In this document: positions 11,398 through 24,629 of the stretch, piece by piece | Numbering within the stretch: position 1 is the first letter of the stretch | Layout of the letters: each line of letters begins with the position of its first letter | DNA from: Auanema rhodensis | Taxonomy: Eukaryota; Animalia; Nematoda | DNA length: 64,000 bases | Reading direction: 5' to 3' | Assembly (NCBI GenBank): GCA_964057225.1 | Contig: OZ059897.1 | Span: 12,834,001 to 12,898,000 of the forward strand | Position numbers and translations under genes: made by a program | Notes under the pieces: generated by a model | The model's input: only the letters and a program-made list of their open reading frames with translations | What the model was told of the DNA's origin: nothing | Database searches by the model: none

Positions 11398-13212
11398 TCA
11401 TCCAGAGTTTAAAGTCATATTCAATAAATTATTGTGTTCTTCAGCTTCTTCAACAATTTCTTCTATTGTGGGTACAATATCAAGAAGGAGTGAGAGCATC
11501 ATAATCATTCCAGAAAATGTCTGAAAATTGTAAAGACTAGGTCAGGATTTACTATTTGTTATTACCGCAAGTATGAGAGGTTTCGATAATACAGCGAAAC
11601 CCCAAATTGTAAGTCCCATATTCGGCTGTTCCATGTGTGAGCCCAGAACTGTTGCAATTTGATAAACCTTCAATATGTTTATAAGAAATCTATATAATTT
11701 GAAATTGTACATCTGCTCTATGAGGCTGCCATACTTTAAGATTCTGACAGAGGCAATTTTTTGAAGAATACATCTAAAAAATAAAAACTAATTTTCTTTT
11801 TCGCAGATTTAAAACTTCTTCATATAAACGAGCTGGAGCTAATGTTAAGCCCAGAAACCCATATACTGTAATCCCTAGAGAGGGCAGACCTTAATTAAAT
11901 AAAATTATAAACAATTCATTGGTAATTAACTTTGATTTTTTTTCACATTGAAATGATTTAATACCTAGTATTATGAGATCAACATAATCATCAACGCGAT
12001 GTGCCAGCATTATTAGAGATAAAAGTGTTGTTGGGATCATAGTAGCGATCATTGTGAAAGCATAAACCTATACAGATTACAATATATTTTTTTATTTATA
12101 TTAATTTTATAACTTACCCTAAACAAGTTATCTAATCTTCGTATTGCTTTCACAATTTCCGAATGTCTTGATATCAGTCGTAATAATTCTTCTTTAAGGA
12201 ATTGTTCATTGTCTCCATCTAGCTAAATATACATATTTACATTATTGTTTTTAAATATTTGATAACTTCACCATTGAAACTATATTGTTGAAGTATCGAA
12301 CTTCCAAATAAGCTCCATCAATTAATATGTTAAATAGAAACAACGATAAGTTCCAACAAACAAATAAATGAATGGTTGAATAACATTGAAGAAATCGCAG
12401 AATGGGGTTTTGGAAAAACTGAAAATATTTCTAAATGATTCAAATATTCTTATATCTGTATTACCACCTCATACTTGCTATGGATATCAAAAGGAGCTGG
12501 CCCGTAATGATAAATTCCAACTATCAACACGAGAGCAACATTTACAAGTCGAAAGATATATATTGATCCTTAAAAATCATCGTTTAAAAACAATTCTATA
12601 TTGACTTTTGAAACAAAATTCACATACTCTTAAGAATCACTACTCCATCCGCTATGCATTCTCCTTTTTGAGATTTTGAAACACTTGCAATATAACACCA
12701 AAGTTGACCATTTATTTGCCACCAGATAATGAATGTCTTTAATTTCAAACTTAATTAGAAGAATACAGCTTTATTACCATTGAAATAAGCGATTGTACGG
12801 TCCATAAAATTCCACATAGCATCGTAGATATCTCAATATCTACGTCTAATCCATCAGCTGAGACTACTTTCATTTCACAGTGAAACATCCAAGTTACTAA
12901 ACATTCTTCTTGACTTATAAATTGTAGTTAATTAAAGTACCTACTACTATCACAATTGTATTTACGATACCATTTAGTATCCATTGAATTCGTGATCCTG
13001 TAGGAGAAAACAGTAAACCACTGAACTTAGTTATCTGAAAAAGATTTCTATTGTCATACATGAAATTAACAAACCTGAATCAATTTCTTGAAATACGTTT
13101 CGATTTCATGATCCTTTCTAATTGATTCATCATCGTTTATTTGAATTTGTATTTGACATCTTTTAGAAGTGATACTAACAGAATGACTTTTGGGTCGAAT
13201 GAACGAAGTCAT
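11398..13212 (-). CDS. Gustatory receptor family (7tm_7; gur/EGL-47/LITE-1-like) protein, copy 1
   Basis: Multi-exon hydrophobic protein with the TM7 signature HMEQPNMGLTIWGFAVLSKPLIL..MIMMLSLLLD. Confidence 0.85.
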
Positions 13213-13609
13213 GTAAAGCTAAAAAATTGGTGAAAGCAGGCAAAATGAAGTATTTACGAATGGTTTTTGCGACAATTATTCGAAATTTTAATCATAATTT
13301 GACAATTTCTAAATGAGGAAAGAAAGGATAAGCAAACTTCATAAAGGAAGAGACAAGTAGACAACTGATCGAGAAATCTGAATATTCGATTTCCGGTAAG
13401 GAAGATGTGCCTAAGATGAGCTCTCCAATTACTATTTAAATTCCGCCTACACCTCACATTTAAAATCAGAATAGGGTACTCGCTGTAGAATCATGTGATT
13501 GCTTTATATAGCAGCCGTCTAACAAAGTATTAAAAAAAGACAATTTATTATCTTAAAAATATACAAACATTGCTATAGATTTCATTTAACATTACGATAA
13601 AAAATATTT

Positions 13610-15406
13610 TTATAACTTTGTAATGTTATGAGTATGTTGAAGTAGTGTTGGATTTGGGGATAATTCTATCAACAGTGATAAAACCATAGCCATAACCGAA
13701 AAAGTCTGAAAAGTAAAGAACAATTCAAATTGAAAACAGCACATTGGTTGAATAGTGTTTCATTAAAACTTGCCGCTAAAATGAATGGCCGGGAAACAAT
13801 TGCAAAGCCCCAAATCGTAATTCCCAAATCATATTGCTCCATATGTTGACATAGAGCAGTAGCTAGTTGATATATCTAGAAAAATTTTGATGACTTTCAA
13901 TATGGATATATCTAATTAGATAAGATACATCTTTTCTGTATGGGAGCCAAATTGAATGATTGTTGAATAAGCAAGATCTTGATCGATTGATTTCATCATG
14001 TAATCGTGCTGGGGCTAATGTTATTCCAAGAAAAGAATAAGCACAAAGAGCAATTGATGGCATGCAGAGTATAAGGTCTTTCAGACTGAAAGTATAAACA
14101 TTTATATTGGTTCAACTTTTCTATCTACCTGTGTATTCTCTGATTCATCATCATTAACGTGAATATTACTGACGGAATTATGATTAATAACATGATAAAA
14201 GCATAAAGCTTAAAGCAATTAGGTTATTATTGTTTGAATTTTCTTGAAACTTACTCGAAATATTCTATCCAATTCTCTGACCACACCAGTCAATCTTCCA
14301 TAAACTTCTAACTTTTTGATTAGATCTGTTTTGATTGTGTTGCTAGATCCATCTAACTAAAAAAAATAAATTAAAAGTTTTTCGTTAATTTATGTAGATC
14401 ATACATCGCTAATTTGTTCATTAAAGTACCGTATTTCAATATAAGCAGTATTTGTGTACATTATGTATAAAAACATGCTAATGTGCCATGTCAAATATGT
14501 ATAAAGAGTTACTAAAGTATTTAGTGGGCGTAGCTCCACAAAATAAAACATCTGAAAGTATACAAATTAATTTTATCGAAAATTATCTTTAATTCTTACG
14601 TGAGCTCTTTTCTCCACAAATTCAGAGTGCATTGTCTCTGTATAATATTTAAATTCAAAAAGACCGATTACAGCTATTTCGAGCCCAAGAATAACATAGA
14701 ACCAGAAAATATTTGCTATAATATCTTGTTAATGTTTTTCATATATCAAACTGTACATTTTATAATATAACTTCCGTGAGCAAGACCTGCTCCATGTTGG
14801 CATCCCATAACATGACGATTATAAGAATGAAGATGACCGAAAAACTGCCAATACACAAAGAAAGCCTAAAATAGAAAAATTGAAACATATTGAAAATGAA
14901 GTTTAGTTGAGATAATGCAACCGATAGAAGAAAAGAAAAGTTTTAAATGAAAAATAGTGAGAATCACGTAGTCGTATTGTATATGTGGAAAAGCTTATTA
15001 CCATTGATACAATTGCTTGGATTGCCCAGGCAATTATCATTAATTGAGACGCCATTTCATACGGAGTATGCTTTTCTTCGAAAGTTGTCTTGAGAGTGAA
15101 TATCAAGCTGTACGTAGCTTTAAACAATAGATCTCAGAATTTTATCCATTTGAACTTATAGCATACCAATTATAAACGTAAAAGAAAGTATACAAGCATT
15201 TAGGATCTTTCCCGCTGTCCAATGATCAGGAGTTAAAAAATTTGCTCGAATTGCAGAAGATACCTGGAATTTACCGTTTGAATAGCTCTACTGATTGTCA
15301 AAAAAAAACGAACTCTATAGACATGTCCAGTGTAATTTTCAAAATTGTCATGATAGTATACGACAGTATCTTTTTCGTCTGTTTTTGAACCCATCTCCAT
15401 CTCCAT
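13610..15406 (-). CDS. Gustatory receptor family (7tm_7) protein, copy 2
   Basis: LGITLAPARLHDE..LCQHMEQYDLGITIWGFAIVSRPFILA; exon structure parallels copy 1. Confidence 0.85.
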
Positions 15407-16647
15407 TTTTCCTAAACGTTCACTTTTAAAAAATTAATAAAGAAATAAATTTTGATAAAGTGTGATAGATACAGAAGCGCTGTTTAGACTGATCGATCTA
15501 CATCATCCTCATTAATCACGATGATAGCTTAAGCAACTGTTCATTTACAAAATTTTTGTCTGTTCAAAAAGTGCATTAAAATTGAAAGAACATGTTTTAA
15601 ATTGAATGAAAAAACAAAGAGAAGTAATTTTTCGTAACATTCATAATTTCTAAATTAAGAAAGATATTGTAAAATGATGATACTTGAATAGAGAGATGAT
15701 TAAGCTTTTGCCTAAATAACTTTATGAATATTTATATTTTCCTATTGACATTTGAAAAAATAAAGATGGATTATACGCTTTTCTTGAATAAGGTTCCACC
15801 TTTGTTCATCCAGTTTTAATTTTAATTAAAAAGTGAAACTTTACTTACTTATGAAGGATAAACGAGACATCAATAGGTTGCCGGAAGTATGTGGACATCG
15901 AAAAAGATCCAGCAAATAGCTTGTATAATCCTATATCCAATTATACTAATTATATGAAAGCTTTCTGTTCATAGTCAAAAAAAAATTTGGTCTTATAAAA
16001 TGAATTTAGATATTGCGAATTCATTTGATCTGATTTCTACTTTCTAAAAATTAAAATATTGCTCTGGTACCCATCATATTATAATTCTCAAAAACTAGTA
16101 TTGCATTCCATTGTGTCTAGACTTCATATAAATCTTGAATAATACTCAAATATTTTTAGTAAAAATGCCTTATATATAGGCAATATTTAAGCTACATGCA
16201 AATGTATGTAAGGTGCAATCGTCCTTAGGATGGCACATCTACACCAATCCATTGTCGAAAATCTTTGTTTGTAGAATGAAAGACATTCCTTGACGTCATC
16301 TAAATGTGAGCATGAGATGGATATTAGAAATCCAAATCATTGTAAACTCGTAAACCAAACGTATTAGGAAACATATCAAGAAGAGCAGAAGTCAAAATCC
16401 ATTTGGAAGATCGTAGGCTATAACATTGGCTTTGACGTCGAATTCAAGCTTTCTTTCTCGTCCTTCTTCCATCCACCCCCACTTCCATACAAACAATCTC
16501 GATTGTTTCTATCTGAAACCGACTCTTTCTCCATTTATTATCGAAATCTCATATTATTTTTCAACCCTTGCAGATATTATTAGTCAGTCCTGCTTCTGCC
16601 ACTGCTTCATCTATTTGTTTTACTCAGATATAGTGGTTTTCTTCAAG

Positions 16648-17979
16648 ATGTGGTGGACTATACTATTTCAATTATGTTATGATATTCCTCTAATGATAGT
16701 ATATTTGATATCAGCATTTATCATGATGGCTAAAAGAAGTCAGTATAAGAGTTCGTTCTTTTCCCTATTCTTGTCAGCAGCACCAGGCGTATGTTTTTAC
16801 TAATTATTTCTCTTAGTTTTAAATGAATGTGGAATAAAAGAACCAAACTGGGACATTTTTCAGAACTTCATTATAACCATTAATAGCTTTGCTGCTGTTC
16901 GTATACCTGCTCAAGTTAGTAAAGAAAATATCTTAGCTCCCATTTACAGGGATTTATCAGCGCCTGTAACACCTCTAGTAAGATAGATCAAGCCTAAGCA
17001 CTATTTGATTGATCTTATTTCAGTTTTTATTCTTTACATTTCAATTACTATTCACTTATCAACTTCATATGTTCATGATGGCCCTGAATAGATTGTCAGC
17101 TATATTTGAACCTATAAGATACGAAAATGTACGTTTCGCTGGAATTTAAATTCAATTAAATAAGAAAATGAAAAAAAAGCAATGAATCGTTAATGATGTG
17201 TGTATTTCAATATTATATTTTAGATATGGTCTTATGTAGTTTTACCCACTTCATTAGCATCTTATGTTCTTCCTTTGATTGTAACATATCCTTTGTTACT
17301 TAAAGACTCGAAGTTTCTATACATTCATAATGTTCAAGGATATTATCTTCGTTTCACAGGAGCGGTAAGTTTCAAATATATATATATATATATCTTTTTT
17401 TGAGTCTTCAAATGAAGAAAATGTTCTTTCACTTTAAATTATTTTTAGGATATTCAGCCTATTTTCTCGGCTTTAATTCGTTTCATGTTACTCATAACTG
17501 CATTTACACTTATTGTTAACCTACTATCTATGTATCTTTTCATCAAAAGAAAATCCAGGAATAGGGCAGAAAATGCTCTATTGTTCACTAGCATCGCTCA
17601 TTTTATCATTCAAAGTGCAATTGCTATCTTTACGGTAAATTTAATTTTAACGCTTTTGAATAAAAGCTTCTTCCTTAGACGGCATTTGCATTTGCTTCGA
17701 GAGATCGAGATCGATGCTCTTGGATAAGTCGTTTTGCAATGGTAGGATATCCCTACATTTCTGATATAGCAACACTATCCAGCCCTCTTTTTTTGATTGC
17801 TTTCAGTAGACAATTAAGGTAAATAAAACAGAGTTCAATGAATATATTAACTAATTGTAATTCATAGGACGGATGTGATTGATTTACTCAGAGGAAGATT
17901 CAGTAGACGAGGCCCGCTAGTAAGACAATTGAGCCGAAAATCCATGAAAAACACCGTATCAACTTCAGCATCTGTATAA
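16648..17979 (+). CDS. Serpentine chemoreceptor (Srg/Srv-like)
   Basis: MWWTILFQLCYDIPLMIVYL..YKSSFF; MALNRLSAIF.PI.Y..IW; AENALLF; YPYISDIATLSSP; 7TM pattern across exons. Confidence 0.8.
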
Positions 17980-18647
17980 TATAATTCCTTTTCAACTTGT
18001 TAAAACTATAATAAATATATCATTCAATCATTTAGGATAATTTGATTGCCTCAAAGTTATCATGTTACCATTTTAATGTATTAAAAATTGTAATTGTTCT
18101 GAATTTGGTTTTTTGATGCGGGATTACTGTTTCTCTTTTTTGTTTATACCACAATTTCGGAGCAATGTCTTATATGAAGTAGTAAATTAATATATTATAT
18201 TTACGAAAGATACAAATCGTTAATTCTTATAAAAATGTTTAGTTCAATTTTAAATATAAATATATTAACACTGTATTTGTAATTTTATCTTCACGTTGCT
18301 ACAGAATAAAAACATACTCTAAACATATTTCTAAAACAAAATATAAACTTTTAACCATATTTCATTTACCCTTTCGGCATTCGATTATCAAGCTAATTTT
18401 TTTAACATGTTGAATTCCAACAAAAAAAAGAAAGTGTTTCAATGAAATTTAAAAACTGTTCATTGATGGACATTGAGTAAACGGGTGAAGTTTGAGTTTT
18501 TTTTTTTCTCATACGTAAGTTCGCGTTAAGCTATGTCATTACTTTCAAGCTTAAAGGAATACCATTTTTTGTCTTCAAACATAAATTTTATCTTTCAAAT
18601 TCAACTTAAAAGTTATTAAAGCATGAAAGTATTTTCAGACTTAGATT

Positions 18648-19869
18648 ATGAAGGTAGCTCACTTGATAAGAACGGCTTCACGACTTCCTGTTTTTCGTTC
18701 ACAGTGCAATGTCTGCATTTCTTATAGATTTTGTTCATCGAAGTAAGTTCCTTTCATGTATTCTGAATTAAGATTTTTTATGAAGAAACACGCAAACACC
18801 TAAAGATGACTTGGAGAAAGAATTAGATAAAATTAGTCAGAAATTGAAGGAAGATTTTGATGGAACTGTTGGCAAAGACACAGTTGATAAAACCTTCATG
18901 AATTTCAAAAACATGAATGAGGTATATATATCTTAAAAGTATTTGCTGATAGATTTATAGAGACAAGCTTACAAAAGAAGTCACATATTTAATTGGAAAA
19001 TTGCCGTTTCAACATTGGTAATAGGTGGGAGTTGCTTACTAGCATTACTGTATATTAGAAAAATTGTATGTTATAGCGGTAAATTTATTTTGTACTTGTA
19101 AAATATTTTATTTCAGCGTTTGGATGAAAGAGAGAAACAACGTAAATTGACTGCTGGAAAAGCTCGTATTGGTGGCGAATGGGAGCTAATGAACACTAAA
19201 GGTAATGGATAAATTTCTAATGCATTGTTAAAATTAAACCCATTTAAAGGTGAGCTGGAAGGCTCTGAGCAATTGAGAGGCAATTGGGTTCTTATGTATT
19301 TCGGATTTACTCATTGCCCTGACATTTGTCCTGATGAAATAGAAAAAATGATTAAGGTTTTTTGGGACTTATTTAAGAATTCTTAGTTTTGTGCTTAGGT
19401 TGTTAGTCTTCTGAAGGAAGATAAGGATGCTATTCCTGTGGTTCCTGTCTTCATCTCCGTAGATCCTACTCGTGACACTATGAAACGAGTAAAAGAATAT
19501 TGTGCAGAATTTTCTCCTGATCTCCAAGGTTATACAGGAGATGTTGAGCAGGTTAGTTTTCTTATATTTTCAAGGCTAAGGAGTTCTATAATAGGTTAAC
19601 AAAGTTGCTAAAACTTTCCGGGTTTATCACAGTCAAGGACCAAAAACAACTCCTGATGACTACATCGTTGACCACACTGTTATAATGTATTTGATCGATC
19701 CTGATGGCAATTTCCATGATTATTACGGGCAGAATAGGTGATTATTCGCTATGAAAACTTATAATGTTAAAAAAAACGTTTTAGAACCGCTGAGGAGATT
19801 GCCAATGTTGTTAAAATCAAAGTCCTCAAACATCGCCTTCAAGAGAAAAAAGGAATATTTAATTTTTAA
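18648..19869 (+). CDS. sco-1: SCO1/SenC cytochrome c oxidase copper chaperone
   Basis: Basic N-terminal presequence; [11 protein letters not shown]; [14 protein letters not shown] (CxxxC); FISVDP.RD; DYIVDHT; TTTTCAG trans-splice-like site at 18632-18638. Confidence 0.97.
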
Positions 19870-20092
19870 CTTTTAACTTTCAACTTTTATAATAGATATT
19901 AGAAGTAGGTTCCTTGTTATTTGTTATTTTTCATAGCTAGTTATGTTAGATAATATATCAATATCGGGTTTATTGTTGAGCTAATAATGTTTTACATCGC
20001 ATTCTAAACTTTTTTTTTCAATTTTTCAAACGTACGATCCGTTCATATATTTTTTTTCTTTTTAATTGTTTTATAATAATATTTTTTTAAGT

Positions 20093-22416
20093 ATGTCTGG
20101 TGGGCCAGTGCAAGAACTTGTAGTAAGAGTACCGAGGTAAAGTAAACATTTGTTTCTTTCATAGTATATATGTATGTTGAGAACAATTTGAAAAATTAAT
20201 TTTAATAAAATATTTCATCTTGTAATCTCGAAAATTATATAACATGTTTAAGGAAGAGTGATATTCGTCGATTTTCAATTTTAAAGTTTAATAATGCTGA
20301 TAATGTTGACCCCTCTGAGTAAGTTCCAAATTTGAATAAAGTTTATAATATTTTTTATTTAGATTTCGAGCTGAATCGGAAGTTCGACTGGAAAGAGAAG
20401 ATAACAGACATGTTGTGATGAGCACTCAAACTGTCCAGGTAAGTCATTCAAGTAGTAGCAATTATATGATTTAATTTTAGGAATATGGTGAAGGGTCAGA
20501 ATATGGTAAAGCTGCTAGAGAAGAAGCCAGAAGAAAAAAATATGGTCGACAATCGAGAACATATCATCTTGATAATCAGCCCTGGAATCTTACTTTTATC
20601 GATGGAGGTATTTCACTGAAACAGTACTCCTATGATGAATGATGAATATTGCAGATAACAAAGAACGCCAAATGAGAAGTATTCGTGAAGGAGACGGTCA
20701 TTCTGACAATTGGATATTTGTGAAAGAAGGCGATTCCTTTATGGCTTATAAAGTTAGTATTACATCTAAAACCTAAGTCAAAGTTTCTTTAAGGTAGATG
20801 ATATGCATAGATTTATACCAGCTATCACTCACAAGACTTTAGATATTGACCAAGCTGAAGAAAAATTCTCTCAGTAAATTTGATTTAATTCTTTATTTAC
20901 TAAAATTGTACGAGTTCAGGCGTAATCGAGTTATGAATCAATTTGCCTTAAAAGCTCAAATTATGAACCAACTTGCTAAGCCCGAAGAGGACGGTGAACA
21001 GATGGAAACAAAATCACGATCTCTAGTATACCTTTATTAAAATTTTAAAATTTGTTTTTCTATTTCAGAAAATTAAAGATGAGCATAGCTCATCTGATTC
21101 TGATAACAATGTTGAAGACGAAGAAGAGAGTTCTAAGGCAAAACAAAAAAAGAAGACAGTATGATATGCTTTATAATTTTCTAACTAGGACATTGCTATT
21201 CCAGGCTAAAAAACCAGTTAAAGACAAACGACAACGTGTTGAAAATTCTGACGAAGTTGCTAGTAAATAATAATTTTCTTGAATAACTAAGGATTTGGAA
21301 TATTTCAGAATACGAGTCATCTGATGGTGAAGACGAAGGTAGAGAATATGATTACATGTCAGACAGTGGGTCAGATTCTGAGTACGTTTTTAATTTTTCT
21401 TTCTACTTTGATATGCTTTTACAAGATCCTGAACATCTCTGAGGTTTGATTTATCTGCTAAGTGTTCTTTATTCCCGTAGAATTCACAGCTGAATTTTTG
21501 ACCTTCTTGCACAACTTTTCCTGAATGTTTAACATTAACCTGAACTTTGATTGAGATACCTATAGTACACAGCCCGACGTAGTTCCATGATCCCAATAGT
21601 GCTAGGTGACTTGCAGCTATAGGACTTCCATGAGAAACGATAAGGATATTTCCTTCATTTCGGTTATAATTAATTGTTTAATTATCAATACGAACCAGTT
21701 GGAAATTTTTCAATTATCTTTCTAAGAGTGCTCTCGATTCTTGGAGCACATCCAACGTCGCCCCCGTATTCTTGTGGAAGTGTAGAGAGTATTGGAGAAT
21801 ATGTAGTATCCACTTCTTTATTTATTTCTCTGAAGAAGAAATTTATAGGTTTACATTATGAATAACTGGGTAACTTACAAAATTTCTTCCATACTAGGGC
21901 TTCCCGGTGGATCATTACAAGCATTCAATGATTCACCCAACCCTGGTTCGATGAAAATTTTTGGTTTGTTCTTAAATTAAATAGTTTTGATAATAACATT
22001 GATGAAATTTATACCTTTTGTTTATGAAATATTCCTGTTATTGTTTCAACACATCTAGTGAATGGCGAACATAAGGCGTATGTAATATCCTCATTACTTA
22101 ATCGTGAACCCACTTCGGAAGCTTGAATATGACCGCGTTCACTACAAATGACGTTTAGCCGTTCAAAAATATACTGGCAAGCTTACCTCAAGGGCGGATC
22201 ATCCCATCTCTTCGCTGTTTTTATCCAATCTGGGTTGATGTTATCAATTCTTTCTCCATGTCGTACAAACCAGATAACTCTTTTGGTCACCATCACTTTT
22301 TTGTGTCTGAAATATTAGAAAAAGTGTAAAACAGAAAGATGATCTGAATGTTCAAAGAATCATTCAGTGCAATCGATATACTCTCGACAGCATACTTAGC
22401 ATTGGAAATATAGTAC

Positions 22417-22463
<47 letters not shown>

Positions 22464-23757
22464 ATATATATATATATATATATGTATATAACAAAATAAG
22501 AAACAATTTAACCTTAAAAATATTGCTTAAAATTTGAGAGCAGTGTTTGCTAATCACTCAGCTGGCAAGAAAAGAATTGACAACTCGTGTCTCTCAATTG
22601 TGTGTTAAAGATATGAGAAGTGCAGATCACTTCTGGAAATTTTTTAAAGATTACAACGATAAAAAAAAAGCACATGACAATATTGTTGCAAATCATTTGC
22701 AACCTTGTTGTTGACAAAAAAAAAGAAAAAGCAACCATAACAACTACTCTGTTTTTGTTTTCTTTTTCCTACGCTAGGCTTTCCCAAATTCCATTTTTTT
22801 GTTAAAAATATCGCAACTAACATTTATAAGATAAAAAATTGAAATTATTCTACAACATTGCTTGTTTTATTCGTAAAAACTATGTCTGATATGATTGTTC
22901 AGATTATTGATTTTTTCCCCTTCTAATCAGAAGCTTTATTTCAGTCGTGATGCTGTTCCTTTGGAAGAGAAAATTGAAAAGGAATTGGTTGGTGTTGGGG
23001 ATGAATCAGGTTTGAAAAAAATGATTGGTTCGGATGATGAAACTGATAGTGAGGATGAAGATTTTAGTTAGTTACTATACTCTATATGAAACTTTACAAT
23101 TTATTTAGCTAAGAAACTGTTGAATCGTCAGGAAGAGAAGAAAAAGAGTGTTTTAGATATTGAGGAGAGAGGTTTTTCATTCAATTTCTTTTACATTTTC
23201 ATAGAGTTCGATGTTTTCCAGATTCTTCAGGAAGTGACTCTGACGCTGATCCGGATAAAGAGAAAATTGACCACGTTGTTTTCATTCCAGTATGTTTGTG
23301 CTCGTATAGTGTTTTTTTGCATTTTTAACATTTAGTCTGATGAGCCTATGGAAGAGGGTACTTCGTCAACTTCTAAAAAACGTCCTGCTGCTCCCGAAAC
23401 AGGAGGGGAAGCTAAGAAAGTGAAGACAGAATCTAAGTAGTCTTGAAATCATTAGGCGATTTTTAATATTTCTTTTCAGTGTACCTGATGGTTTGAATGA
23501 GGAAACTGTTCGTAAGTACCTCCGTAGAAAGCCTCATACAACTAAGGAATTACTCACCAAAGTAAAAGCTAAATGTGGAGATATGTCTAAGTCAGAAATC
23601 GTCACGAAGCTGGCGGCTATTTTGAGGGTCTGCACTAATCATCTTTTACGTTTTAATATGTTTTTTGTATTTTAAGGCTATTGAACCACATCAATTCAAA
23701 CAAAAACAAGGTAAAAAGGATGTTCTTTTCTTCTCGTTGACAAACAACATGGCTTAA
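20093..23757 (+). CDS. gtf-2F1: General transcription factor IIF alpha subunit (RAP74)
   Basis: EYGEGSEYGKAAREEARRKKYGRQ; HKTLDIDQAEE; YESSDGEDEGREYDYMSDSGS; C-terminal winged helix EETVRKYLRRKPHTTKELL. Confidence 0.95.
21390..22293 (-). CDS. Histidine phosphatase / phosphoglycerate-mutase-like protein nested in a gtf-2F1 intron
   Basis: MVTKRVIWFVRHGERIDN..DDPPL; CSPFTRC; IEPGLGE; LIVSHGSPI; lies within intron 21382-22944. Confidence 0.9.
22419..22490. repeat. (TC)n followed by (TA)n microsatellite
   Basis: About 20 TC units, then a TA run. Confidence 0.95.
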
Positions 23758-24052
23758 TTATAATGTAAACGTTATTTTAATTTTCATAGTTACTGTAAAT
23801 GATTTTTTGGTATCTCATGGCATTTTACAAGTATGCTAATAGAAATAAATGGTTATACTCGTGCTGTTTCTTTTTCTGTTTCTTTACTCATGTTCTACGA
23901 AATTTCTATAGTGCAGCAGTGATTTTATGACCTGAATGGGTTTTATGAGGGTTTTGATGTGTACATCAATGCAAAGAATATGACAAAATTCAATCAATGC
24001 TAGAGAAATTGACATTGTTCCTATAAAACATTGGAAGGGCTTGTCGTCAAAT

Positions 24053-24125
24053 ACATCATCTACCTTGCAGCCGAACGTGTATGCACTACATGAGACACAG
24101 CTCGGAACTACAGGGTAAACGATAC
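24053..24125 (-). ncRNA. mir-57: mir-57 (miR-10 family) precursor hairpin
   Basis: 5p arm UACCCUGUAGUUCCGAGCUGUGU (24095-24117) closely matches C. elegans miR-57 UACCCUGUAGAUCGAGCUGUGUGU; pairs with the 3p arm at 24061-24080 plus a basal stem. Confidence 0.92.
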
Positions 24126-24515
24126 CTGACTTTATAAAGAATTTTTCAAGGTGGAATGGGAGATGAAATCTTCAATTTTGCTAAAACTAACAGATTCTCA
24201 CGATTCCTGATGAATAATCGCTTTGTTATGCACTGTAGATGAGTTGCAATCGAAACAAAGAAAGGGTGAATTGAAAAAAATAAAACGATTGGACGTATAC
24301 CAAAGCATCAAAAAGGGAATAAAAAACAGACAAAGAAAAATTATACAATATACAGTTATAGAAAGACTGAAGCAGCACCTAACATATGGATACCTAAGTA
24401 TTTTACTGTTTGGGGGACATTTTCTTTTTTCTATAGTATTGTCTGGATACAAGTATTGTTGAGTATTGATAAATTGATGTAAAATGAAAAAGAACATCGA
24501 TGAAGATTCTTCAAA

Positions 24516-24629
24516 TTACATTGTTGTATACTGGAGATAGCTGGAGAAAGGATGGGTCGGGGCCGGGCTACTAGCCGGGAGGATCCTATTCAAATACGCC
24601 GCTCCAATGCCGTAAAATTTATGGGCCAT
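24516..24629 (-). CDS. Candidate 37-aa micro-ORF upstream of mir-57
   Basis: ATG..TAA gives MAHKFYGIGAAYLNRILPASSPAPTHPFSSYLQYTTM, in a GC-rich island after a TAG acceptor at 24680. Confidence 0.3.
   Translation of the reverse strand: MAHKFYGIGAAYLNRILPASSPAPTHPFSSYLQYTTM
24608..24627. promoter_or_regulatory. Back-to-back posterior Hox/Cdx-type sites (CCATAAA / TTTTACG)
   Basis: GCCGTAAAATTTATGGGCC on the + strand; C. elegans mir-57 is known to be activated by the Abd-B protein NOB-1. Confidence 0.45.

Noticed and set aside
24198-24497. 99-aa and 79-aa ORFs next to mir-57
   Set aside because: U/A-rich UTR-like composition; chance ORFs
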